From an uncultured Gammaproteobacteria bacterium (GTDB lineage Bacteria > Patescibacteriota > Microgenomatia > UBA8517): DNA of 64,000 bases. A program made the position numbers and the translations under genes. The notes under the pieces were generated by a model. It had not been told where the DNA came from and searched no databases. It saw only the letters and a list, made by a program, of their open reading frames with translations. Shown here in pieces: positions 18,379-26,908 of this stretch (positions are counted from its first letter, which is position 1; every line of letters starts with the position of its first letter). The stretch covers positions 3,816-67,815 of the forward strand of contig CAZRGC010000003.1 of assembly GCA_964599625.1 (NCBI GenBank), read 5' to 3'.

Positions 18379-21207
18379 ATGGCTAAACTATTAACCAAGA
18401 ATAATATTGAGGAGCTTTTTTATGCCTTTGAACATTTTTTTCCAGAAGGCTATGTTTATTCCAGCGACAAACCTTTTGTTTCTGGAAATTTTAAGTGGAA
18501 CAATCGGGAATCCTTCATTGAATCCATTAAAAATTTCACCGGGGTGGAAATAGATCCTAAAGATCCTGAATCAATAAAAAATGCACAATTTGCTTTAAAA
18601 AAGCTGGAAGATGACGCACCACTTGATAGCAATTTACCCGATCAAGCAAGGCTTAAGCAAATGGAAGCAGAAAGACTTAAAAGGGAAGCTGCCATAAAAG
18701 CCAGTGCCGAGGATGCAAAAATTCAAGTTCAAGCAGCAATCAAAAGACAAGAGGAGCTACACAAAACAATTCAAGGTAAAAAGATTTATCGAAGAGTAAA
18801 CACCCCACCCCCAGAAACATTAACTGAAGATAAAGCAAAAACAGTTGAAACCTTCAAAACAGCAGCAGTCGCCAACCCGGAGCAATTAACCCATCAAATA
18901 GCATCTGAGATAGAAGAAAGAATAAAAACTTCAATACCGGACGAGGTTGAACCAGAAGTGGTTAAAGCACTTTCTACAAGAGCAGCAGTCAGAGTTGTGG
19001 AAAATCTTAGAGGTAAATCACTTGCAGTTGAGGCACTTACAGTCAACAAAATCGCCGGTGACGAGAGCGTTGTTGGAACCGTAAATCCGGAAACTACAAA
19101 GCTGTTTATTAATTCCGCCGTGAATGTCGGTAATACAAAAATAATCGAGTACCAAATCGACAGAAAAATTGTCGCAGCTGCTTTCAACGAAGATTTTGCT
19201 TCAAATTTCTTGGGTCCAAAAGATTTAGATAAAGTAAATATTGAATTTTCTTTGACCCCCCAAGCAGGGTTTGAAGAATACGATCTTGGAGAAGTTACCA
19301 CATCACAGATAGATTTTTTGAACAAGCAAGACTTTGTTTTTGACACTATCGGAAGTGTTGGTTCAGGCGAAATAAAGTCGGTATTTTTAAAACAGGTTGG
19401 CTCTTGGATTGAAAGTAGTATTCCAGAGTCAGGAGCTGTCGCGGAAGCATACAACACCCCTCTGGTACAAGCAGCTTTAAGCTATTACGGGTTGGGTGAA
19501 CCAATTGCCTGGGAAGGGACAACATTCTTTGGAAGAATGGCTGTGGAATTTGGGTATGGCCCGACTTTTGGATGGGCAGGGCAAATTACTGGTATTGATT
19601 TTGGCGTAACCCAGGCATCTGCAAGTATTTCATCAGAGGTGGCCGCACAAGCCGCAGCAGGAACACTTTCGACAGAAATGACAGCCGCCGCAGTCAATAC
19701 TGCCGCTGTGGGCGGTGGAGTTGCCGCAACCGAAGGAGCAGCTGTTGTTGGAGGTGTGACTGCTGCCGCAGCCGAAGGAGCAGGAGCGGTAGTTGCAACC
19801 GGTGCAGTAGCTGCAGGTGGAGTTGCAGCCACAGAAACGGGCGTTGCAGCCGCGTCTGTCGCCGCAGCGCCCGTAACAGGTGGTGTCAGCTTGGCAATTG
19901 GCGCTGCTGTTGGCCTTATAACTGCAATTTTTGGACCTAAATTCCTGGATTGGGTTTCTAAAAACGCTAAAAAAGTTGACGGAACAAGTGTTGCGCTTGC
20001 AGGCGCATTTTTTGGAATGGTAATCGGTGGCGGAATATCAGGTGCGTTGATAGGCGCAAGCATAGGTCTTGGCTCATTTGGGCTCCTGACAGGAGGTTTT
20101 TCAGGTGTCGGCAGCGCCTTTTCAGGGGCCGCAACTTCAATTTTTGGAGCTTTCAGCGCTGCTTGGGCAATCCTTCTGGCCGAGACAGGTTTACCAATAA
20201 TTAGCTTTCTAATAGGTTTTCCGCTTTTGACTGCTTTGATTCTTGTGATAATAAACAACAGTGCTTATCTGGTACCACCTGGCGGCGACTCTTCGTTGAA
20301 TAGTACTAATGCCTATATATCGGTAGAGAAAAAAGCCGAACCAGCAGGCCAGGTCCCATCGCCTACAACAGTAACATACACGGTTACAATAACAGCCAAA
20401 AAGGACACTCTTTCGGGTATAAGTTTTACAGCCACTTGTAGTGCAATCAAAAAGAGCGGGGGAACAATTGATTGTAAAAACTTGGAACAACTTCCCGCTC
20501 CCCCAGCATCCATATCTCCGGGGGCTCCGTACTCATTTACGTTTACTTCAACTTATGGTTCAAATTTTAATGATTCCTTGGTTAGTGACAGCATCACAGT
20601 CACCGCCTCATCAAACGATGGCGGCGAGGTTTCCGAAACAGGCTCTGCGTCTGTGTGTTTTGGAGACTGCCCGCTTGGATGTTATAAAACAGTAGACAAC
20701 AACGAACCTTGGCCCGCCAACTTCAAATCAAACCTCGACGCAGCAGCGGCGACGCTTAGTGGAAGTCATCCGGGTTTTTCCCAAAAAGCGTGTGCCGGTG
20801 GCGAAATTAATATGTGTTACACAACAAAAAGTCCAAATCCTATTGGGTCGGGTGGTTTGTGTAACAGAACCATTTATGCCATTCATGCACACAGCGGTTC
20901 CTGCGATATTAATTACAACCAATGTGGTCTCAGAAGCCAAAGTGATGCCTTATATATCCTTACACACGAAGTGTCTCACCATATACAAAATATCAACGGA
21001 GGACTCCAAAGGCAATTTGAGCAACAAGTTCCCTCTTCCGAATGGCCAATATGCACATACAGCAACACGGGAAATCCTTACGAAAGCATGGCAGAAGGAA
21101 ATGCATTGTTTGTTGGTAAGCCGTCCTGGAGCGGCTGTGTAACAAACTATCAGTCCCAATACCCCAAGCATTATCAATTCGCCAAAAACGTAATGTTTGC
21201 CCAATAA
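18379..21207 (+). CDS. Large membrane protein: Gly/Ala-rich hydrophobic region, Ig-like domain and C-terminal HEXXH zinc metalloprotease
   Basis: About 220 aa Ala/Gly/Val-rich segment, TM, ISVEKKAEP...VTYTVTIT (DUF11/Ig-like), then LTHEVSHH and a downstream ESMAE. Confidence 0.7.
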   Translation: MAKLLTKNNIEELFYAFEHFFPEGYVYSSDKPFVSGNFKWNNRESFIESIKNFTGVEIDPKDPESIKNAQFALKKLEDDAPLDSNLPDQARLKQMEAERLKREAAIKASAEDAKIQVQAAIKRQEELHKTIQGKKIYRRVNTPPPETLTEDKAKTVETFKTAAVANPEQLTHQIASEIEERIKTSIPDEVEPEVVKALSTRAAVRVVENLRGKSLAVEALTVNKIAGDESVVGTVNPETTKLFINSAVNVGNTKIIEYQIDRKIVAAAFNEDFASNFLGPKDLDKVNIEFSLTPQAGFEEYDLGEVTTSQIDFLNKQDFVFDTIGSVGSGEIKSVFLKQVGSWIESSIPESGAVAEAYNTPLVQAALSYYGLGEPIAWEGTTFFGRMAVEFGYGPTFGWAGQITGIDFGVTQASASISSEVAAQAAAGTLSTEMTAAAVNTAAVGGGVAATEGAAVVGGVTAAAAEGAGAVVATGAVAAGGVAATETGVAAASVAAAPVTGGVSLAIGAAVGLITAIFGPKFLDWVSKNAKKVDGTSVALAGAFFGMVIGGGISGALIGASIGLGSFGLLTGGFSGVGSAFSGAATSIFGAFSAAWAILLAETGLPIISFLIGFPLLTALILVIINNSAYLVPPGGDSSLNSTNAYISVEKKAEPAGQVPSPTTVTYTVTITAKKDTLSGISFTATCSAIKKSGGTIDCKNLEQLPAPPASISPGAPYSFTFTSTYGSNFNDSLVSDSITVTASSNDGGEVSETGSASVCFGDCPLGCYKTVDNNEPWPANFKSNLDAAAATLSGSHPGFSQKACAGGEINMCYTTKSPNPIGSGGLCNRTIYAIHAHSGSCDINYNQCGLRSQSDALYILTHEVSHHIQNINGGLQRQFEQQVPSSEWPICTYSNTGNPYESMAEGNALFVGKPSWSGCVTNYQSQYPKHYQFAKNVMFAQ

Positions 21208-21267
21208 ACAAGTTTGTTCACTGCTTTGCTATATTTGCAAAGTTTGAATGAATATATAATTAAACTA

Positions 21268-21855
21268 ATGAAAAAATTTATTTCCTTTATTAAAAAAATT
21301 TGGATGCCAGTTGCAGTAATACTTTTTGTAAGTGTGTTTATGTTAAATATTCTCATAAAACCAAAAAACACTCCATCAACCAGCGCAACACCTGCACCTG
21401 ATACCAAAACGGCAAGATTCGGAAGCCTTGTCCCTGGAACCAGTTCGCAAACCGACGTGAATGGCGTTTTAGGAAGACCTGTATCAACAAAACAGCAAGG
21501 TACAATGACTGTATCCGAATTTAGATCTTCAAACCAATACAGGTTCCATGAGGTGATTTTTCAAAACGGGACAGCTGTCCTTATCAAACAAATTATTAAC
21601 TCAAACGATAACTTAGACTCAAGCTTTGTTACCAACCAATTTGGTTCAGCCCCTTTTAAGCTTTACGAAAACCTTTCTAACAGTTCATTTAGTTTGTATA
21701 TTTACCCGCAAAATGGAATTGCATATCTTGGTCATACCGATGGAACACTCAAGGAAATTTGGTATTTTGAACCATCAAGCTTCGAAGATTTTAACTCAAA
21801 ATGGGCCTCAGACTTTTCTCAAAAACCGCCAGAAGAAGACGAAATAATCCATTAA
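21268..21855 (+). CDS. Membrane-anchored extracellular hypothetical protein
   Basis: Single N-terminal TM and Thr/Pro linker; LVPGTSSQTDVNGVLGRP resembles a SmpA/BamE-like motif; TATAAT 7 nt before the ATG at 21268. Confidence 0.7.
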   Translation: MKKFISFIKKIWMPVAVILFVSVFMLNILIKPKNTPSTSATPAPDTKTARFGSLVPGTSSQTDVNGVLGRPVSTKQQGTMTVSEFRSSNQYRFHEVIFQNGTAVLIKQIINSNDNLDSSFVTNQFGSAPFKLYENLSNSSFSLYIYPQNGIAYLGHTDGTLKEIWYFEPSSFEDFNSKWASDFSQKPPEEDEIIH

Positions 21856-22970
21856 CTCTGTACTCTAACTGGCATTATAAGATGCAAATAGTCACCATCA
21901 GAAGCATCCCTGAAAACGCCTGCGGAGTTGGACCCGGAAAGCTCAAGAAGCAAATTATCGTTTTTGACTGAATGTATAAAATCTTCCAAGAATTTATAAT
22001 TAAAACTAATCTCCATTCCGTTTTCCACAGACGAATCTTTCTCTATTTTTGCTTCAACAACCGTCTCTTGATTACCCGAACTGCCACTTTCTGCGGAGAC
22101 TTTAATCGTATCAGTGAGGACTTTTAGTTTGACTATATTTGACGATTCTCTGGCAAAAACAGAAGCAAGTTTCACCGCCCTTTGAAAGTCTTCTCTATCA
22201 ACTGAAATTTTTACACTCGAAGACTTGGGAATTATTTTCTCATAGTCTGGATATTCCCCTTCCAGTAATCTAGAAGACAAAGTAACATCACCAATAGAAA
22301 AAATAGCCTGTTTATCTTCCTGGTTAAACGAAAAGTCAATTTTTTCAACACCCGTATCCCTTTGTATTTCTGTTAAAACCCCCTTTGGTAAAATAAGTTC
22401 AAACTCACCATCTCCATCTACTTTAATAACTTTTTTAGAAAGACGGAAACCATCCGTGGCAACCAAAGACATTTTTCCTCCTTTTTCTTTTGTAATAAGA
22501 ACACCTGTTAATACAGGCCTGGTTTCATCCAAAGACGCCGCAAAAGAAACTTGAGATAGTGCCTCAGAAACTTTTAAAGCAGGTAGCGTCATTGACGATT
22601 CCTTGTCTACATTTGTGGGAATTTTCGGGAAATCCGAAGAAGTCATTCCAAGCACAGTTGATGCAAATCTTGAAGTAGAAACTTTCATTTGTTCGGCTTT
22701 TGATGATATTTCGACGGTTTCTTTTGGAAGATTCGAAACCAGATCGTTAAGGACTTTAGAAGGAACACTCAAATCTCCTTCTTCTTCAACTTTTGCCCCT
22801 GCTGTAACCGCAACTGAAATCTCAAGGTTCGTTGACATAACTTTTACTTTTGTTTTTGTCGCACTTATTAAAACATTACCCAATACAGGTAGTTGGGCTT
22901 TCGGGCTTGTAAATCTGGATGCAACACCTACTGCCTTGTTTAAATCTTCCTGAAGAATTGTGAATTTCAT
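21852..22970 (-). CDS. dnaN: DNA polymerase III beta clamp
   Basis: MKFTI...LPVLGNVLI, RPVLTGV, VATDGFRLS, RLLEGEYPDY, HLIMPVR. Confidence 0.97.
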   Translation of the reverse strand: MKFTILQEDLNKAVGVASRFTSPKAQLPVLGNVLISATKTKVKVMSTNLEISVAVTAGAKVEEEGDLSVPSKVLNDLVSNLPKETVEISSKAEQMKVSTSRFASTVLGMTSSDFPKIPTNVDKESSMTLPALKVSEALSQVSFAASLDETRPVLTGVLITKEKGGKMSLVATDGFRLSKKVIKVDGDGEFELILPKGVLTEIQRDTGVEKIDFSFNQEDKQAIFSIGDVTLSSRLLEGEYPDYEKIIPKSSSVKISVDREDFQRAVKLASVFARESSNIVKLKVLTDTIKVSAESGSSGNQETVVEAKIEKDSSVENGMEISFNYKFLEDFIHSVKNDNLLLELSGSNSAGVFRDASDGDYLHLIMPVRVQS

Positions 22971-23263
22971 ATATGGGCTTCAGTATATTGTTATAGTAAA
23001 TTCAAAGCAAGATGTCTATCGTATAACACTAAATATATTTTCAAGAAATTTATAATTAAGTGTTTTCGCTTTTTTTGTTAAATAATTAAAGAAAATAGTA
23101 GTTTTAGTAGTAGTAACAGTTGATAAGTAGATATCCAAGTGTATTTGAACCTAACTTTTGTAAAATATTCGTGTTTATATTACGCACACCCATTTGTTAA
23201 TAACTTTGTGGATAATTACGAGGCTGATGTTGATAAGTGTAAAAGTCTGAAAAATTATCCTCA
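22971..23263. other. Replication origin oriC (dnaA-dnaN intergenic)
   Basis: Perfect DnaA box TGTGGATAA at 23207-23215; near-boxes at 23118, 23195, 23228 and 23255; TAG repeats at 23096-23115; AT-rich tract at ~23030-23095. Confidence 0.85.
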
Positions 23264-24625
23264 AATTTTGGTTTTTATACTCATAATATCCTCACGGATT
23301 TGCACATCTTGGGTGGCTAGTTCTGTTATTTTTTCCACAGCATGCATGACGGTTGTGTGATCCCTTCCACCAACCACTCTGCCAACTTCTTCTAGGGGAA
23401 TTCCTAAATGTGTTCGAAGTAGATACATAAGTACCTGTCTTGGCCTGGCAATTGGCCTGGCCCTCGAATCCCCCAAAAGCAGACGTTTTCCAACTTGGTA
23501 GTATTTAGCTACTGCATCTACAGCTTCTCCTGGAGTGCTTCTTTTGCTGCTAGAAGGTGACTCAACACCCTTAAACAACGCACTTTCTACTACTGTATCT
23601 GAGATTGATACTTTTTTGAGATGAATTTCGGTAAGTAGTTTTGTTAAAAGGCCCTCAATTTTTCTGGCACTTTCTGCGTTCGCAGCAAGCATTTGAACTT
23701 GCTCCATGGTCAAGTTTATCCCTTTTTCTTTTGCTTTGATTTGTGTAATGGCGCACCTTAATTCAAAATCTGGTGGCGATATATCTACGATTAGTCCTGC
23801 CTCAAACCGGCTTCGAAGACGTTCCTCAAGTTTACTTATTTCAGAAGGTGGTCTGTCTGATGTTAAAATTACCTGTCCTCCGGCTGATGTAACAGCATTA
23901 AACGTGTGGAAAAACTCTTCTTGGACAGTGTCTTTACCCGCGATAAACTGAATATCGTCAATTAAAAGCAAATCCAACTTTCGATATTTATTTCTGAACA
24001 TTTGTGTAGTTTTGTTTCGAATTCCTTCGACTATGTCGTTGGTGAAATCTTCACCTGTACAAAAAAGCACTTTTAACTCTGAGCTTTGTTTTAGAGAATA
24101 ATTACCCACAGAAACCATTAAATGAGTTTTCCCTACCCCGACACCTCCCCAAAGAAACAAAGGGTTGTAAGCAGAACCAAGGCTTCTTGATACAGCTTCT
24201 GCTGCTGCATGAGCCATTTGGTTCGATGAAGAGACGGCGAAGTTTTCAAATGTAAAACTAGGCCTGATCCTGGCTTTTTGTTGAATTTCTTTTATTCTTT
24301 CGTTGTTTGAATCGGAAGAATCAAACAATGGTTCTATTGCAGTGTTGGTTTGTTTTGTTGATTCAGGGTTGGTCTTTACCACAAAAATAAGTTCGCACTT
24401 TTTCCCGGTAACGTTTGTGAGTGAATCCTGGATAATTCCAAAATACCTTGTTTCAATTTGATTTTTTGCATACACAGTGTTGCAGCCAACTTCGCAAATA
24501 ATTCGTTCACCAGTGTCGCTTTGCGATGCCAGATGTGTTTGGGAAAACCAAGTAGAAAAGGTGGCCGCAGAAACGGAAACCTTGATGATGTTTAGTACTT
24601 CTTTCCAAACTTCGTTGTTAGTCAT
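23261..24625 (-). CDS. dnaA: Chromosomal replication initiator DnaA
   Basis: FTFENF, YNPLFLWGGVGVGKTHL, LLIDDIQF, QEEFFHTFN, RLRSRF, GGRDHTTVMHA. Confidence 0.98.
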   Translation of the reverse strand: MTNNEVWKEVLNIIKVSVSAATFSTWFSQTHLASQSDTGERIICEVGCNTVYAKNQIETRYFGIIQDSLTNVTGKKCELIFVVKTNPESTKQTNTAIEPLFDSSDSNNERIKEIQQKARIRPSFTFENFAVSSSNQMAHAAAEAVSRSLGSAYNPLFLWGGVGVGKTHLMVSVGNYSLKQSSELKVLFCTGEDFTNDIVEGIRNKTTQMFRNKYRKLDLLLIDDIQFIAGKDTVQEEFFHTFNAVTSAGGQVILTSDRPPSEISKLEERLRSRFEAGLIVDISPPDFELRCAITQIKAKEKGINLTMEQVQMLAANAESARKIEGLLTKLLTEIHLKKVSISDTVVESALFKGVESPSSSKRSTPGEAVDAVAKYYQVGKRLLLGDSRARPIARPRQVLMYLLRTHLGIPLEEVGRVVGGRDHTTVMHAVEKITELATQDVQIREDIMSIKTKI

Positions 24626-24739
24626 TGTTTATCTTGTCTTTCACCTTACACTTTTTTGGAGCAGTGAGAGCGGGAAGCTTCCTTCTTTTACGCTCAAGAT
24701 TTCCGGACTGTGTGTCCTGTACCATTACTTTTTAATAAG

Positions 24740-24748
24740 TTATCCACA
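24740..24748 (+). promoter_or_regulatory. DnaA box in the dnaA-rpmH intergenic region (autoregulation or second oriC half)
   Basis: Exact TTATCCACA. Confidence 0.75.
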
Positions 24749-24820
24749 ATTCGTCAAGTGGTATTTGGTTTGTAGTTGAAAACCTGCCTGTTTGGTTGAT
24801 ATAATAACAACTGAATTGAA

Positions 24821-24961
24821 ATGGCTACAAAAAGAACATATCAACCAAGTAAAACCAAGAGGCGAAGGGTTCATGGTTTCCGAACCAGAATGAAGACAAA
24901 AACAGGTAGAAGAGTCCTTGCAACCAGAAGGCTCAAAGGCCGAAAGAAATTAACAGTTTAA
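24821..24961 (+). CDS. rpmH: 50S ribosomal protein L34 (not in the ORF track)
   Basis: Manual translation [46 protein letters not shown]; TGaTATAAT upstream. Confidence 0.97.
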   Translation: MATKRTYQPSKTKRRRVHGFRTRMKTKTGRRVLATRRLKGRKKLTV

Positions 24962-24975
24962 CTTCATAGTTAATC

Positions 24976-25317
24976 ATGCTTGCTAAAAAATACAGACTTA
25001 GTGGATCTAAAGATTATGAGCGAATTCAGGCTGTGGGTACCATTTTTCAGTCTGAATGCTTTGGTATTGCATACTTTGACAGAAAAGACGGTGAGCCTAG
25101 TAGGTTTGGTTTTGTCGTTTCTACCAAAATTGCCAAGGACGCCGTAGACAGAAACAGGTTCAAACGTGCAATGAGTGAAGCGGTTAGGATGTGCTCGACC
25201 CAGACACGAAACGGTTATGATGTTGTCTTTCTGGCCAAAACAACAATCGCCAGAAAACCAACAAGCGGAGTGATGAAAGAGGTGCAAAGCTCACTGTCCA
25301 CAATTGGAATTCTTTGA
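24976..25317 (+). CDS. rnpA: Ribonuclease P protein component
   Basis: [22 protein letters not shown] (RNR motif); synteny. Confidence 0.95.
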   Translation: MLAKKYRLSGSKDYERIQAVGTIFQSECFGIAYFDRKDGEPSRFGFVVSTKIAKDAVDRNRFKRAMSEAVRMCSTQTRNGYDVVFLAKTTIARKPTSGVMKEVQSSLSTIGIL

Positions 25318-25535
25318 TGACCAGGCTACTCATTTATTTTTTCAAATTTTATAAACGATACATTTCTGATGTTTTTGTAAAGTTTTTTGGAAACGCATGC
25401 AGGTTTACACCAAGTTGCTCCGAGTATACAATAGAGGCTCTGGAGAAATATGGAATTAGAGGAATGGCTATGGGGTTTGGAAGGGTTTTAAGATGCCACC
25501 CCTTAGGTGGTAGCGGATGGGATCCAGTCAAATAA
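25314..25535 (+). CDS. yidD: Membrane protein insertion efficiency factor
   Basis: [10 protein letters not shown]...[14 protein letters not shown]. Confidence 0.93.
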   Translation: MMTRLLIYFFKFYKRYISDVFVKFFGNACRFTPSCSEYTIEALEKYGIRGMAMGFGRVLRCHPLGGSGWDPVK

Positions 25536-25536
25536 C

Positions 25537-26358
25537 ATGAATATCTTTACATTATTTTTAACTCAACCGTTAGCAAACGGTCTAATTCTTTTTTATAGAG
25601 TTTTAGGAGGAAACCTTGGTTTGGCTATTTTGGTATTCAGTGTGGCTTTGGTTTATCTTTTGAGACCGCTTACCAAACCATATCTTGAATCCATGAAAAA
25701 AATAAAGTCGTTTGAGCCTCAACTTGCAAAACTGAGGAAAAAATACGGAAACGACAAGATGGCTTTTTCCAAGGCCCAGGCAAACCTTTACAAGGAAAAC
25801 AAAATAAACCCTACAGCAGGTTGTCTTCCTTATTTGCTTCAATTTTTTGTTTTGATAGCCCTTTTTAATGTTTTTACCACCGCGCTTGGAGGTGCCGAGG
25901 CAACATCTAAAATAAACGAGCTCCTTTATCCTTCATTAAAGTTTTCACAAGGTGAGACACTTAATACAAGATTTCTATATCTGGATATAAGCAAACCCGA
26001 CTCTTTCAATGTTTCTGGTATTCCATTTGCGCTTCCGGGGCTTTTTTTGATCTTGGCAACAGTGGCTCAGTTTTTGTCAGTGAAAATAACAACACCTTTT
26101 ATTGAGACAGAAAAGAAGATTGCCAAAAAAACTGAAAACACCGCCGACGACATGCAAGTAGCTATGCAGCAATCAATGACATACACACTTCCTTTGATGA
26201 CACTTTTTTTCGGGCTAAAATTTCCTTCAGGGCTGGCACTTTACTGGCTTGTTTTTTCCGTACTTAACGTTTGGCAGCAAGTTGGTATGAATGGATGGGG
26301 AAGTTTGACTCCCATGGTAAGGCGCGCCTCCAATTTTTTATCACGCTCAAAAGCTTAA
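25537..26358 (+). CDS. yidC: YidC/Oxa1 membrane insertase
   Basis: LYKENKINPTAGCLPYLLQ, FPSGLALYW; synteny. Confidence 0.93.
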   Translation: MNIFTLFLTQPLANGLILFYRVLGGNLGLAILVFSVALVYLLRPLTKPYLESMKKIKSFEPQLAKLRKKYGNDKMAFSKAQANLYKENKINPTAGCLPYLLQFFVLIALFNVFTTALGGAEATSKINELLYPSLKFSQGETLNTRFLYLDISKPDSFNVSGIPFALPGLFLILATVAQFLSVKITTPFIETEKKIAKKTENTADDMQVAMQQSMTYTLPLMTLFFGLKFPSGLALYWLVFSVLNVWQQVGMNGWGSLTPMVRRASNFLSRSKA

Positions 26359-26449
26359 TTTGACTCAGTTTGCTCAGAAAGCAGCTGGTAGTTTATTTAA
26401 TTCCAATCCTCTGGTAAAATCGTGACTCAGGGCATAAAATCCCTGGCAT

Positions 26450-26908
26450 ATGAAAGAAAAAATTGAGTCATTGCAGAAAATAGCCGAAGAGTTGCTTTCT
26501 CTTATGAGTGTTTCGGGGAAAGTTGAAGTTTCTTTTGACAAAGAAGCTGAAGTTTATGTGGTAGATTTGGACGCAGGAGAAGAAAACGGTCTACTGATCG
26601 GAAAGAAGGGTGATACACTCGGGAGTCTTCAAACAATACTTGGCATTATACTTAAGGGTAAAACGGGTGAGTGGAACAGGGTTGTTGTAAACATAGCCGA
26701 TTACAGGGAAAAAGAAGAGGATTACCTCAAAAATTTGGCGGAAAATGCTTCAGAAAGAGCCAAAACAACTGGCGAGCCTCAACATTTGTACAACCTCAAG
26801 CCGTGGCAAAGAAGAGTTGTTCACATGCACCTTTCAGAAAACAAGGATATTGAAACTGTTTCGGAAGGCGAGGGTGAAAACAGATATTTAGTTGTCAAAG
26901 CTAAGTGA
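26450..26908 (+). CDS. jag: Jag/KhpB (KH + R3H) RNA-binding protein, short form
   Basis: LLIGKKGDTLGSLQ (KH) and QRRVVH...SEGEGENRYLVV (R3H). Confidence 0.9.
   Translation: MKEKIESLQKIAEELLSLMSVSGKVEVSFDKEAEVYVVDLDAGEENGLLIGKKGDTLGSLQTILGIILKGKTGEWNRVVVNIADYREKEEDYLKNLAENASERAKTTGEPQHLYNLKPWQRRVVHMHLSENKDIETVSEGEGENRYLVVKAK

Noticed and set aside
19485-20258. 257-aa antisense ORF rich in Pro/Ala/Thr
   Set aside because: It is a shadow of the GCN/GGN-rich codons of the 942-aa gene. The same applies to the other antisense ORFs inside long genes.
23139-23360. 73-aa plus-strand ORF
   Set aside because: It overlaps the DnaA boxes and the dnaA 3' end antisense, so it is most likely spurious.
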